From the NCBI GenBank assembly GCA_030950485.1, contig JAUZRK010000008.1, forward strand, positions 1-51,981: a stretch of 51,981 bases of DNA, written 5' to 3'. The stretch's first letter is position 1. The number at the start of each line of letters is the position of its first letter. A model generated the notes under the pieces. The model had not been told where the DNA came from, did no database searches, and was given only the letters and a program-made list of their open reading frames with translations. The translations under genes and the position numbers were made by a program. This DNA comes from Candidatus Dojkabacteria bacterium. GTDB taxonomy: Bacteria > Patescibacteriota > Dojkabacteria > J137. Shown piece after piece: positions 1-10,672 of the stretch.

Positions 1-300
1 AAATTAAGACATGATTCGCAAGGAGTTGTAGATTCTACTTTAGAACGTCTTAAAAAGACATTTAATGGGATATTTGAACAACTAACAACTTTAGATGTTT
101 TACTTGCTAGATTATATTTAGAAGATACAAATACATCATCCATCCAAACTAAATTAAATGAAATATTAAGAAAACAATATAGAGAAGCTAGATTAGATCC
201 AGGGCATCATAAATGCATTAATATTGGGAGAAAATCAGTTAATATATATCTAGATTTATTGCTTGGGAATAAAAGATCAAAAAAAATTATTGAACATTAA
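1..300 (+). CDS. 3' part of a hypothetical protein (5' end outside the window)
   Basis: Frame 1 is open from base 1 to TAA at 298-300 (99 codons); converges on uvrA. Confidence 0.6.
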   Translation, partial: KLRHDSQGVVDSTLERLKKTFNGIFEQLTTLDVLLARLYLEDTNTSSIQTKLNEILRKQYREARLDPGHHKCINIGRKSVNIYLDLLLGNKRSKKIIEH

Positions 301-343
301 AAAACAGCTTTTTGCATTCAGTTCGGCAATTATAGCTACTTTA

Positions 344-3300
344 TTAAAGCAATTCCTTCAACCATTTACCAGTATAGCTTTCCTTAGTTTCTGCAATATC
401 TTTAGGCGTTCCTAAAGCAACAATTGTTCCTCCTCCATCACCTCCCTCTGGACCAAGATCAATAATATGATCTGCAGTTTTAATAACATCCAGATTATGT
501 TCAATTACTAATACTGTATTTCCTTTAGCGACAAGACTATGTAATACAACTAATAGCTTCCTTACATCTTCGAAATGTAATCCAGTAGTTGGCTCATCTA
601 ATATATAGAACGTTTTACCCGTAGATCTTTTTGCAAGTTCAGAAGAAAGCTTAACCCTTTGAGACTCACCTCCTGAAAGAGTTGTTGCAGCCTGTCCTAA
701 TTTAATGTATCCGAGTCCGACATCTTGTAGAGTTACTAGTTTAGTATAAATTTTTGGAATATTCTTAAAGAAATCAGTTGACTCATCTATAGTCATTTCA
801 AGAACACCAGCAATACTTTTACCCTTATAGTCAATCTGTAAAGTTTCTCTATTGTATCTTTGACCATCACACTCCTCGCAAGTTACATATACATCTGGTA
901 AAAATTGCATAGATATTTGTATAACTCCAGCACCTTGGCATTTTTCACATCGTCCACCTTTTACATTAAAACTGAATCTTCCAGATTTATAACCCCTACT
1001 TTTTGCCTCTTTAGTAGAAGCAAAAATGTCTCTAATATCTGTAAATACTCCTGTATAAGTAGAAGGATTTGATCTTGGTGTTCTTCCTATCGGTGATTGA
1101 TCAATGTCTATAACTTTATCGATATGCTCTAATCCTATAATTTCAGAATATTGACCTGGTATTGCTTTAGATTTATATAAATGTCTAGCAATAGCTTTAT
1201 ATAAAACTTCATTAACTAGAGATGATTTTCCTGAACCAGAAACACCTGTAACGCAGACAAACTGACCTAATGGTATATCTACATCAAAGCCTTTTAAGTT
1301 ATTGTGTCGTACATTTGTAATTCTAATTTGCTTATTTTTCTTAGGTTTAACTATCTTAGCTCTTTTAACGGGATCAAAACTTTCAATTTCTTTATAGATT
1401 TCATCTTTATCTACTTTTTTCTTTCCAGATAAATATTGTCCTGTAATTGATTCTTTAGTGTCCTCTACTTCCTCTGCAGTTCCCTGTGCTACTACTTCTC
1501 CGCCATGAATCCCTGCTTTAGGTCCGATATCTAATACAAAATCAGCCTTTCTAATTGTATCTTCGTCATGTTCAACAACAATAACTGTGTTTCCAATATC
1601 TCGTAAATTTTCCAAAGTCTTTATCAATCGTTCATTGTCTCTTTGATGCAATCCAATTGAAGGTTCATCTAGTACATATAGAACTCCAGTTAAACCTGTA
1701 CCTATTTGAGAAGCCAAACGTATTCGTTGAGATTCTCCTCCAGATAGTGTTCTTGCTGTTCTATTTAAAGTTAGGTAATCTAATCCTACTGAACTTAGGA
1801 AATTTAATCTCATAGCAATCTCTTTGAAAATTTGATCTCCAATTTCAAGTTCTTGTTTTGATAATGTATCCTCATCTACAGTAGGCGATTTTATTCCAAA
1901 TAGTTCTTCAAAAGTAGAATTTTCGTTGTCTTTGTTATTTTCTTTTGATTTATTCTTCTTAGATTCATTTTTACTTATTTCATTTATCCAGTTGACCGAA
2001 TCTTCAATGCTTGTAGATGAAACATCTACAATATTTTTACCATGAATAGTTACAGCAAGTACTTCTCTCTTTAGTCTATAGCCAAGACAAACAGGACATT
2101 TTAGTTCTGTCATATACTGTTCAATTTCTTTTCTTACAAAGTCAGAATCAGTCTCAAGATATCTTCTCTGAAGACTATTAATAACTCCTTCAAATTTTGA
2201 ATTCCATTTATTTTTCTTACCATCACTATTTACATACTCTACTGTATAAGTCTTATCGCCAGTTCCGTAGAATAGAATTTCTAATTGCTTTTCTGATAAT
2301 TTTGAAAGTGCGGTTCTTAGAGGAATTTTATGAAGTTTAGAGACCTCTTTTATTAAATTCAAAGTGTATGAATCACCTCCCTCAATAACTCTAGCCCACG
2401 GATATATTCCTCCTTCCATTACAGTAAGTCTCGAATTATAGATCATTTTAGGATCTATCTCTTTTATCATTCCTAAACCATTACATTTCTGGCAAGCACC
2501 GAAAGGTGAATTGAATGAAAAAGAATGTGGTTCAATTTCTGGAAACGAATCTCCTGTTTCTGGATCTACTAGATTTTCTGAAAAGAAAACATCTCTAGAT
2601 TCATCTACTAAATTTACATAAAGCTCTCCATCTCCCATATTCAGGGCAAGTTCTATTGAATCAGTAACTCTTTTAATAAATGCTTTATCTTCTTTTGAAT
2701 CATTTTTTATAACTAGCCTATCTACAACTAGCTCTATATTATGTTTTACAAATTTATCTAATTTTATATCTTCTTCTAGGTTATATATCTGACCATCCAC
2801 TCTAGCTCTTACATATCCTTGTGTTAACAATCTTGAAAATAACTCTTCATAAGTTCCTTTTCTACTTTTAATTAATGGAGATAAGATTAAAAGCTTTAAT
2901 CCTTTTTCATTTAGTTTATTAGCCTCTACACCGTCTAGTATTCTATCAACTATCTCTCCTACAGTTTGTTTTTGTAGATGAGCTCCGTTTATTGGACTTC
3001 TTGGATGACCTACTCTTGCAAATAAGAGTCGTAAGTAATCATATATTTCGGTTACTGTTCCAACTGTTGATCTTGGAGAGTGTCCTGTGCTTTTCTGATC
3101 TATAGATATTGCAGGGGATAATCCCTCAATTAAATCAACATCAGGTTTATCCATTAATCCTAGAAATTGTCTTGCATATGCAGATAAAGATTCTACATAT
3201 TTTCTCTGCCCTTCTGCGTAAATCGTATCAAATGCAAGAGATGATTTACCTGAACCTGAAAGCCCTGTAATAACTGTTAGTTTATCTTTAGGTATATCGA

Positions 3301-3367
3301 CATCTATGTTCTTAAGGCTATGTGTTCTGGCTCCTCTGACTTTTATATAATTTTTTCTATCGGACAT
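344..3367 (-). CDS. uvrA: Excinuclease ABC subunit A
   Basis: Walker A motifs GLSGSGKSS and [17 protein letters not shown] signatures, [13 protein letters not shown] and the C-terminal CEKC/CEEC zinc finger. Confidence 0.99.
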   Translation of the reverse strand: MSDRKNYIKVRGARTHSLKNIDVDIPKDKLTVITGLSGSGKSSLAFDTIYAEGQRKYVESLSAYARQFLGLMDKPDVDLIEGLSPAISIDQKSTGHSPRSTVGTVTEIYDYLRLLFARVGHPRSPINGAHLQKQTVGEIVDRILDGVEANKLNEKGLKLLILSPLIKSRKGTYEELFSRLLTQGYVRARVDGQIYNLEEDIKLDKFVKHNIELVVDRLVIKNDSKEDKAFIKRVTDSIELALNMGDGELYVNLVDESRDVFFSENLVDPETGDSFPEIEPHSFSFNSPFGACQKCNGLGMIKEIDPKMIYNSRLTVMEGGIYPWARVIEGGDSYTLNLIKEVSKLHKIPLRTALSKLSEKQLEILFYGTGDKTYTVEYVNSDGKKNKWNSKFEGVINSLQRRYLETDSDFVRKEIEQYMTELKCPVCLGYRLKREVLAVTIHGKNIVDVSSTSIEDSVNWINEISKNESKKNKSKENNKDNENSTFEELFGIKSPTVDEDTLSKQELEIGDQIFKEIAMRLNFLSSVGLDYLTLNRTARTLSGGESQRIRLASQIGTGLTGVLYVLDEPSIGLHQRDNERLIKTLENLRDIGNTVIVVEHDEDTIRKADFVLDIGPKAGIHGGEVVAQGTAEEVEDTKESITGQYLSGKKKVDKDEIYKEIESFDPVKRAKIVKPKKNKQIRITNVRHNNLKGFDVDIPLGQFVCVTGVSGSGKSSLVNEVLYKAIARHLYKSKAIPGQYSEIIGLEHIDKVIDIDQSPIGRTPRSNPSTYTGVFTDIRDIFASTKEAKSRGYKSGRFSFNVKGGRCEKCQGAGVIQISMQFLPDVYVTCEECDGQRYNRETLQIDYKGKSIAGVLEMTIDESTDFFKNIPKIYTKLVTLQDVGLGYIKLGQAATTLSGGESQRVKLSSELAKRSTGKTFYILDEPTTGLHFEDVRKLLVVLHSLVAKGNTVLVIEHNLDVIKTADHIIDLGPEGGDGGGTIVALGTPKDIAETKESYTGKWLKELL

Positions 3368-3480
3368 TAAATTTGCGTAATCAGAGTATTATAGCATTAA
3401 ATGCCTAAGTCTCGCAGATTACCAATGACTATTCATATTACATACCTCATCTGGTATTATTAATTAAACTAATAAAGAAA

Positions 3481-4365
3481 ATGGCAGAGGATGCTTTTTA
3501 TACAACAAACTACGATAACAATACTGATCAGTTTCCAGAAGATGACCCTCTTAGGCATATACAGACTGAAGATGAATTAGCTGACAGAAGAGGACAAAAG
3601 AGATTACAAGCTATAGATTGGGTACATGATCTGATAGATGGAATAGACGATGCTGATGAAAGAGAAAAGATAGCTAGAACTTTTCCAACTTTGTTTATAG
3701 GTCCATTAACTCAAGAAAGACACGAAGACGTTAATACTGCACTTGCAGAAAATATAGAAAATTATCGTAAGCCTAAACTTTCAAAGGCTAATAAAGGTGT
3801 ACACTCAGATTTATATCCTGCAGCTGATAATACTGGGCATCCTAGAAACTCACTTATAGTAAGAAACTTGTTAAATGATCCAAAGATTCAAATATTAACA
3901 GATATAGAAAATATCGAACAAATAAGCGATACAAGAAAAAAGGAAATATTAATTGCAGCAATAGATACAATGTTATTTGCTTTAGTAAATGGAGCAATAA
4001 TTTCAGATATTAGACCAGCTAATATTGCGATTAGAGATATTGATAATGAAGACTTTGAATTAATATTTTTCGATATTGATGTAGATTTTCAAAGAATTAC
4101 TATAGAAGAACTACGAAATAATTACTATGGAGGTTTTGATGATGATAGTGAAATAAGGGCAATAGCCACAAACATAATAGGTACATTATATACATTTCGT
4201 GAATTCTTTTATCCAGATAAAGCCTTCGAATCATTGCCTGTAGAACTCGAAGATGATATTACTGAAATTTTTATAAATCTAATTACAGGCAACCAAATTA
4301 ATAAATCTAGCCGATTAGAAAAGCTTACAACAAAACTCTATGGTCTGATAACACAAACTATATAG
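3481..4365 (+). CDS. Hypothetical protein, possible protein-kinase-like fold
   Basis: 294-aa ORF; IISDIRPANI and LIFFDID resemble the kinase catalytic loop and metal-binding motif. Confidence 0.5.
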   Translation: MAEDAFYTTNYDNNTDQFPEDDPLRHIQTEDELADRRGQKRLQAIDWVHDLIDGIDDADEREKIARTFPTLFIGPLTQERHEDVNTALAENIENYRKPKLSKANKGVHSDLYPAADNTGHPRNSLIVRNLLNDPKIQILTDIENIEQISDTRKKEILIAAIDTMLFALVNGAIISDIRPANIAIRDIDNEDFELIFFDIDVDFQRITIEELRNNYYGGFDDDSEIRAIATNIIGTLYTFREFFYPDKAFESLPVELEDDITEIFINLITGNQINKSSRLEKLTTKLYGLITQTI

Positions 4366-4371
4366 TTATAC

Positions 4372-5324
4372 TTAAATCCTCAAAACATTAAATGCCATAT
4401 AGGTTAGAAATACACTAAGAAGAATTAATCCTTCATACCTCTCTACTGAATGTTTTTTTCCAGCAAACAGAGTTATGTACATAAGAAGACTTGCTAAAAT
4501 TAAAATCAAGAAATCAATTGTCAGATCTGTCTCTATCTGAATAGGATTAATCACTGAACTTAATCCCAAAATCCAAAAAATATTGAAAATATTCGAACCT
4601 ACAATATTACCAACAGCTAGATCTGCTTTACCTTTTCTTGCAACTACTAAACTGGTTATTAGTTCAGGTAAAGAAGTTCCTATCGCAACAACAGTGAGTC
4701 CAACAACAGCCTCACTTAATCCAAATTGTGTCGCAAGATTAGATGCTCCTATTATACTTAGTTGTCCACCTACCATTAAAGCTATAATACCAAGAGCTAT
4801 ATATAAATAAGTCTTTCTCTTGCTTATTTTTTCACAGCACTTGTAGATTCTCCACCAATATTCGCTACTCCAAAAGTGTAGTAGAGATAAATTGAGAAGA
4901 AAGACAGTAGTATCAGTCCGTCAGCTCTAGAAATTGAAGAATGAGATAGACCAGTTAAACTTACATCGCTTGCTAGAACAATAAGAACTAAAACACCAAG
5001 AAAACTAAAAGGTATTTCCTTCCAGATTGTATTAACTTTTACTTTTAAATCCGATACTAAAGAAGTGGCACCTAAAATCAATAAAATATTACTAATATTA
5101 CTACCTATAATATTTCCTAGAGTAATCTCACCTTTCCCCTCAATTCCAGCTACAATACTAACCGCCATTTCAGGTAAAGAAGTACCAAATGCGATTATAG
5201 TTAGACCTACTACTAGATCAGAGATATTGTATTTTTTTGCAATTGATGAAGCGCCATCTATTAGGAAATCAGCTCCCTTAACTACTAAAGCTAGGCCAAT
5301 AGCTAAATATATTATATTAATCAT
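4372..5324 (-). pseudogene. Calcium/sodium antiporter (YrbG/CaCA family), frameshifted as assembled
   Basis: Two alpha repeats (GTSLPE...GNIIGSN; GTSLPE...GNIVGSN) split over two ORFs; adding one base to the A6 run (4827-4832) restores one frame ([16 protein letters not shown]). Confidence 0.9.
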
Positions 5325-5387
5325 TAATACAGTATATTAGAATGATCAAATGATTCCAAGAAGATAAAGATAGCTTGAATGGAGAAT

Positions 5388-6128
5388 CTATCCAGACAGC
5401 TGATTGTTTTGCATTACTAGCGTCTTACTATCATCATCATCTAGTATATACAAAGAGTCGGTGTCTACATTATAAGTATACCTTAGACCATCTACAACGA
5501 TAACGCTATCAACATTAAGATGGTTATACTGATTTATTACATAAAGATAATGATTCTTAGGTACGAATCTCATTTCCATCTTTTTATAAAGATTTCTTCT
5601 TTTATTCCAATATTCAGTTGAATCAGGCACCAAGATTACAACGGGTGCGGAGTAAGTCTCATTTATATATTCTGTAACTTTTATAATAAAGTTCATTATT
5701 GGCTCCAATTCTTTCATAGTTAGATTTCCCTCATTCTCCATACTAAAGGCTTTCATCATAGCTTCTTGAGTCCTCCCTTCCTTTGCATTTTTAAGCAGAT
5801 TAAGGCAGCCCGCATTAGAATTAGCTAAATAGCGATATCCTTCAGTTGTTAAAAAATGAATTTCAAAACTCCCCTTGGAATAACTTCTTGTATTAACTGT
5901 TGGATGTATTAAAACATCAATCCCTTGTTCCTCAAAACGAACTAGAGTTAGTAATCTTTCACCTTGAACAATCTGATTATCAAGATACGCAGGAATTGCA
6001 GAATTGATGACATCGAGCTGATTTCCTCCGTATTCAACTGCAATAGATCTAGCATTTTTTCTAACATCTCTAGCTAACTCAGTTTTCTCTTGTATTTCTT
6101 CCTGCAAGCTTCTATCTAGCTGATCCAT
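5388..6128 (-). CDS. Hypothetical protein
   Basis: 246-aa ORF, no motif recognised. Confidence 0.6.
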   Translation of the reverse strand: MDQLDRSLQEEIQEKTELARDVRKNARSIAVEYGGNQLDVINSAIPAYLDNQIVQGERLLTLVRFEEQGIDVLIHPTVNTRSYSKGSFEIHFLTTEGYRYLANSNAGCLNLLKNAKEGRTQEAMMKAFSMENEGNLTMKELEPIMNFIIKVTEYINETYSAPVVILVPDSTEYWNKRRNLYKKMEMRFVPKNHYLYVINQYNHLNVDSVIVVDGLRYTYNVDTDSLYILDDDDSKTLVMQNNQLSG

Positions 6129-6296
6129 ATATAATTTATTTTAGTAATTATACCATAGACGTCTATTTTAGGCGACACGATCATCAGCTGTCATTTCCAT
6201 AAAACTAGGTGGCAAAAATATAAAGATTTACTTCATCTTAAGTCAATTTTTATATTATCTGCTATTATTTTATAAGTTATAACTAAAAAACTAAAT

Positions 6297-7145
6297 ATGA
6301 AAATAAAAAAGGCTCTAATAACTGCAGCAGGCTTTGGATCAAGGGTTTTGCCAATAACAAAAACTATTCCAAAAGAAATGCTTCCAATAGTAAATAAGCC
6401 TATAGTGCACTGGATAGTTGAAGAGTGTATGGCTGCTGGTATTGAAGAAGTAATTATAGTAGCTTCTCCAGATGAGGTTAAAACCTTCGAAGATTATTTT
6501 TATGGGAAAGCAGAAAACATTAAACAATTAATGTTAGAATAAGGTAAAAAGGATAGATGGGAGAATGTTGAAGAAATATTTAATCTACCTAAAATCAAAG
6601 TTATTCCTGAAACTAGAAAACTTCCATATGGAAATGGAAGGCCAGTATTAACGGCTAAAAAAGACCTTGAAAATGAAGAGGCCTTTATAGTCTGTTGGGG
6701 AGATGATTTATTTTTGTCTGAAGTTCCAGGTATAAAACAATTAATAGACTATCATAATAATGTGAATTCTGATGGAGTTCTTGGAGTGATAAAAGCTGGG
6801 CCAGAGCTACTTACTAAGGGAGGAGTTTTAAAAATAAAAAGTTATGATGAGAATAAGGTTGAGCTAATAAAGGAGAAACCAAGTTTAGATGAGCTTAGAA
6901 AAGATACTTCATACGCTAATCTTTATTCATTTGGAAGATACCTTCTTACTCCAAAACTTTTTGATTATCTTAAAGCAGACGCTACTGGTAGAGACGGAGA
7001 GTTATGGTTACAAGATGCTAATGATCAAATTGCTAGAAACTATGATATGAGATTCTTAGAGTTAGAAGGAGAGTTCTATACAACAGGAGATCCGGCTAAA
7101 TATTTCGAGGCGCAGAATGCGTATATGAAAAAGTATTTTTTATAA
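6297..7145 (+). pseudogene. galU: UTP-glucose-1-phosphate uridylyltransferase-like sugar-phosphate nucleotidyltransferase, one in-frame TAA
   Basis: KKALITAAGFGSRVLPITKTIPKEMLP; after TAA at 6540-6542 the same frame continues (LPYGNG...WGDD...GRYLLTP...GELWLQDA) to 7145. Confidence 0.85.
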
Positions 7146-7156
7146 TTTCTAATAAC

Positions 7157-7190
7157 TAAGTAGAGGCCTAAAATCTTAGGCCTCTACTTA
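7157..7190. terminator. Bidirectional intrinsic terminator
   Basis: Perfect 15-bp stem TAAGTAGAGGCCTAA/TTAGGCCTCTACTTA with 4-nt loop between convergent genes. Confidence 0.85.
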
Positions 7191-7193
7191 TAT

Positions 7194-9923
7194 TCAATTT
7201 ACCTCTTTTAAGATCGTTCCAATCTTTGAATACATTTTCGCCTTTAAGCTTTCTATTGAATAGTAAAATGCTGGGAAAGCAAAAATTACTAATACAGTAC
7301 TAGAAATAATTCCAAATACAATAGTGTACGCTAATCCTTCCCAGAATGGATCACTTAAAGCTAACGGTAATAATCCAAGTACAGTTGTTGCTGAAGTTGT
7401 TATAAGAGCTCTAAATCTAGAGTTTAATGCACCTACAATAGCTTCTCTAATACTTTTCCCCTTATCTCTTTCTTGGTTAGCAAAATCTAATAGCATAATC
7501 GTATTATTTACAACAATACCTATTAAGCCTGCTATTCCTAGTTGTACAAAGAAACTAAACGAATTATCAGTAAGTAATAATCCAGGGAATAATAATGGGA
7601 AACTCAAAGGGATCGCAAGCATTACTAAGAATGTTTGTATGTATGAGTTAAATTGTAGAACTAATAAAGCAAACATTAAAATTAATGCAATAAATAGTGC
7701 AACTGTCATAGCTGCAAATGCTTCTTCTGCATCATCATTAAAACCTTGATCAAAATCAATAGCATCCTTACTTAGTCCAAGAGTTTCTAATTTACTTTCA
7801 TCAAAATCTTTCTTAATACTTGCTTCAAGATTATCTACAAGAGGGGCTATATCTATATTCTCATCATCATATTTAAAGGCTATAGAAATTTCACCAAATC
7901 TTCTTCCATCTTTTCTTGCAATTAAACCAGTTGCTGATTTACTTATGTCTAAAATATCTACTGACTCGCCAAAATCATAATTTTCTATATATTCAACTAA
8001 GGCATCATAACCAATTTCTATGTTTGCTCCTTCATCAGCATAAACTTGAGCTATAAAATCATAACCTAAACCTGAGCCATCTGCAGAACTAGCAGTAGCT
8101 TGAACTGTTGCTCTTGGATAAGACTCAAAAACTTGTGTCAATTGATCTGTAAGCTCAAGATGAGTTACATTTCTATCGTTGTAACTTACTAGAAGAAAGT
8201 CTAAAAATGCCATGTCTTTATTAGCTATTATGTAAGAAGCTGATTCAACTAAACTAGTATCTATAGTTGTTGTAATTATATTCTCTACTTCCTCAGTAAT
8301 TTCTTCTACCTCACTAAATTCAATATCATTTGGATAATCAATTACTATATTGATGTAATCACCATCTTTGGGTGGTGGAAATTGTGCATTATCAATCTTT
8401 GAAACTGAACTCATTCCTAGCCCAATTGCTATTATAGTTAAGATCATTACAATAAATGTATATATCTTTTTAGATAGATACATATCTACAAATTTACTAA
8501 CCTTATCACTTAAAGTAATTACAAATCTACTTGGTGCATTAATAAATGCATCAATCTTTGATAGTACTCCATTATTATCCTTACTCTCTGTCTTAGAAGA
8601 TAGAATTAAAACTGAAAGAAATGGAATAATCGATAAGGCAATTACTAATGATAATAATAAAGTTAATACAACAGTCATTGGAATTGGAACTATGAAATCT
8701 CCGTATATTCCTGAGATGAATAAGAACGGAGTAAATACTAATACAGTTGTTATTGTTCCAGAAACATCTGCTGGTCCAATTTCATATACAGACTCTTTAA
8801 TAGCTACTATTTTGCTCTTTCCTGATTTTAATTTTTTATCAATTGCTTCAATCACTACAATTGCATCATCTACTAATAATCCCAGTACTAAGATTAGTGC
8901 GAATAATGAGATTATATTTAATGTCATTCCTAACAGGTTTAGCGTTATAAATGTTGAAGCTAAAACTGTAGGTATAAATATAGCTGTTATTATTGAGGCT
9001 CTCCAGCTTACAAAAAGTAATGAAATGATTACAACTGCAATGATTCCAGAAAATGCATTTGATTCTAATGAATCAATATTTCTATTTAATTCTTTTGCAA
9101 AATCTCCTGAGCCAATTGTAAAAGTATAATTATCTTTAATGTCTGTATCTAAATTATCAAGAGTTTCTCTTACAGCCTCAGAAATATCTATTGTACCAAT
9201 ATCATCAGAGCTTTTTATAACCCCGATTGCTACTCCATCTTTAAAACTGAAACTTCCATCATTCACTCTGTTTCCAACTCTTTGAAATGTTACTTGTTCA
9301 GAATTAACTTCTCCAGTCTGGAAATCCAATTTATCTTCAAAAATAGATCTTGCTTCAGCTAAAGATACCTCTTCTCGCTTTTCAATTTCTAGTGCAATAG
9401 TTTTTGCAACTTCTACTTGTTCTTCAACCGGTGTTTTCTTATTAGCATTTATAGTAAATAATAAGTCATATTTTTCAGCAACAGCACTTGCTTTTAATGT
9501 TTCAAATTCTAGTTCTACATTATCTGGTAAATTCACTCCAGCTAATTCATCTCTTATAAGTTTAATTCCATCTTTATTAGAAATATCTGTATCTAAATAA
9601 GCTACTAAACTCATTCCATCTCCAGTTGTATAAGTAAATAGTTGATTTATTTCATCAACTGAACTTAATGCTACTTCTAAAGGCCTCGTTACTTCTTCTA
9701 ATACTACAGATTCGTCGTTAATCTTATAATCAGCAGTAACAATTCCAATTGGAATTTCAACTGATGGAAAACCTTCCCTAGTCAAACCGCTAGTATACGA
9801 AATATAACCTCCAGCTAAAATAGCTATAAACAAAAGCAATGTCACTCTTGCTTTATTCGCAAAGGCTGAACTAAATCCTGCTAAAGAGGATCTTAGTCTA
9901 CTCTGCTTAATTTCCTTTGACAT
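7194..9923 (-). CDS. RND-family (AcrB/AcrD/AcrF-like) transporter permease
   Basis: GLLVDDAIVVIE, GIVVNNTIMLLD and RFRALITTSATTVLGLLPL motifs; two large extracytoplasmic loops; no membrane-fusion gene adjacent. Confidence 0.92.
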   Translation of the reverse strand: MSKEIKQSRLRSSLAGFSSAFANKARVTLLLFIAILAGGYISYTSGLTREGFPSVEIPIGIVTADYKINDESVVLEEVTRPLEVALSSVDEINQLFTYTTGDGMSLVAYLDTDISNKDGIKLIRDELAGVNLPDNVELEFETLKASAVAEKYDLLFTINANKKTPVEEQVEVAKTIALEIEKREEVSLAEARSIFEDKLDFQTGEVNSEQVTFQRVGNRVNDGSFSFKDGVAIGVIKSSDDIGTIDISEAVRETLDNLDTDIKDNYTFTIGSGDFAKELNRNIDSLESNAFSGIIAVVIISLLFVSWRASIITAIFIPTVLASTFITLNLLGMTLNIISLFALILVLGLLVDDAIVVIEAIDKKLKSGKSKIVAIKESVYEIGPADVSGTITTVLVFTPFLFISGIYGDFIVPIPMTVVLTLLLSLVIALSIIPFLSVLILSSKTESKDNNGVLSKIDAFINAPSRFVITLSDKVSKFVDMYLSKKIYTFIVMILTIIAIGLGMSSVSKIDNAQFPPPKDGDYINIVIDYPNDIEFSEVEEITEEVENIITTTIDTSLVESASYIIANKDMAFLDFLLVSYNDRNVTHLELTDQLTQVFESYPRATVQATASSADGSGLGYDFIAQVYADEGANIEIGYDALVEYIENYDFGESVDILDISKSATGLIARKDGRRFGEISIAFKYDDENIDIAPLVDNLEASIKKDFDESKLETLGLSKDAIDFDQGFNDDAEEAFAAMTVALFIALILMFALLVLQFNSYIQTFLVMLAIPLSFPLLFPGLLLTDNSFSFFVQLGIAGLIGIVVNNTIMLLDFANQERDKGKSIREAIVGALNSRFRALITTSATTVLGLLPLALSDPFWEGLAYTIVFGIISSTVLVIFAFPAFYYSIESLKAKMYSKIGTILKEVN

Positions 9924-9958
9924 ATTTAAATTATAAAAATATAAATTATTTTTTTAGA

Positions 9959-10375
9959 TTAATCGATTTTCAATTTATCAATTAATTTTATTGCCATTTC
10001 AAATTCAACTTCTTCTGCATTTTTAAAAATGTCTTTTAAACTTGTAGAAAGTAGTTTCATTGAGTCAGATAAAATATCTACCCCCTTACTAGTAAGAGTT
10101 AAAATGTAAGATCTTCTGTTTTCTTTATTTTCTAACTTAGTAATATAGCCAGATTGCTTTTAAAGCTCGATCTGTCTACTTACTGCTGGTTGAGAAACAC
10201 CTAGAGCTAGTGCTATTTCATTTGCATATTTAAGACACTTATCTTTAAGCATGCTTAATATTAGAAATTGAGAGTAAGTTAGATTAAGTCTAGATCTGAG
10301 GATTTCATCAGCTGTTCTATCTAACTCATAGACTAACTTATGTACCTTGTGTATAAATTCCCATTCTTTATTCAT
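9959..10375 (-). pseudogene. MarR-family regulator, one in-frame TAA
   Basis: LTYSQFLIL...EIALALGVSQPAVSRQIEL*KQSGYITKLENKENRRSYILTLTSKG; frame stays open past TAA (10160-10162) to 9959, giving 138 aa. Confidence 0.88.
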
Positions 10376-10383
10376 AGCGAAAT

Positions 10384-10412
10384 AATTTACATGTTAACTG
10401 TTAACTTGTCAA
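10384..10412 (-). promoter_or_regulatory. Sigma70 promoter with overlapping palindromic operator (probable MarR site)
   Basis: TTGACA (10412-10407), 17-bp spacer, TAAATT; near-perfect inverted repeat ACATGTTAAC-T-GTTAACTTGT at 10389-10409. Confidence 0.75.
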
Positions 10413-10486
10413 TATGTTTTCCTATTGCAATCTTTTAACTAAATAATCATAATATATTTATCTTATTTTTTATCGGTCCAAAACAT

Positions 10487-10606
10487 ATGGCCACAAAGGA
10501 CAAAAAGAAAAGTCCAAAAGATACAGCTGCAAAAGCACCTAAAGGTGCAAAAGCTGCAAAGGAAGCAAGAAAAGCAAAGAAAGCAAAAAAAGCTAGCAAG
10601 AAGTAG
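10487..10606 (+). CDS. 39-aa Lys/Ala-rich small basic protein (absent from the ORF track)
   Basis: ATG...TAG encoding MATKDKKKSPKDTAAKAPKGAKAAKEARKAKKAKKASKK, followed by a terminator hairpin. Confidence 0.75.
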   Translation: MATKDKKKSPKDTAAKAPKGAKAAKEARKAKKAKKASKK

Positions 10607-10626
10607 AAATCTAAGCTATACGAAAA

Positions 10627-10651
10627 TAAGGGCAGGTTAAACCTGCCCTTA
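10627..10651. terminator. Bidirectional terminator between the small basic ORF and dnaK
   Basis: 11-bp stem TAAGGGCAGGT/ACCTGCCCTTA. Confidence 0.85.
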
Positions 10652-10672
10652 GAAAAAATTCATATATGCTTA

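Noticed and set aside
6150-6250. Possible riboswitch (ATAGACGTCTAT palindrome, GCTGATGA on the minus strand)
   Set aside because: Does not fit the fluoride or any other aptamer consensus I can reconstruct; an Rfam search would settle it.
4583-9129. Antisense ORFs such as 4583-4810, 5065-5340, 7324-7749 and 8368-9129
   Set aside because: They lie opposite membrane-protein genes and are shadow frames; the same applies to short antisense ORFs inside pheT, cca, the PrgI-like gene and the response regulator.
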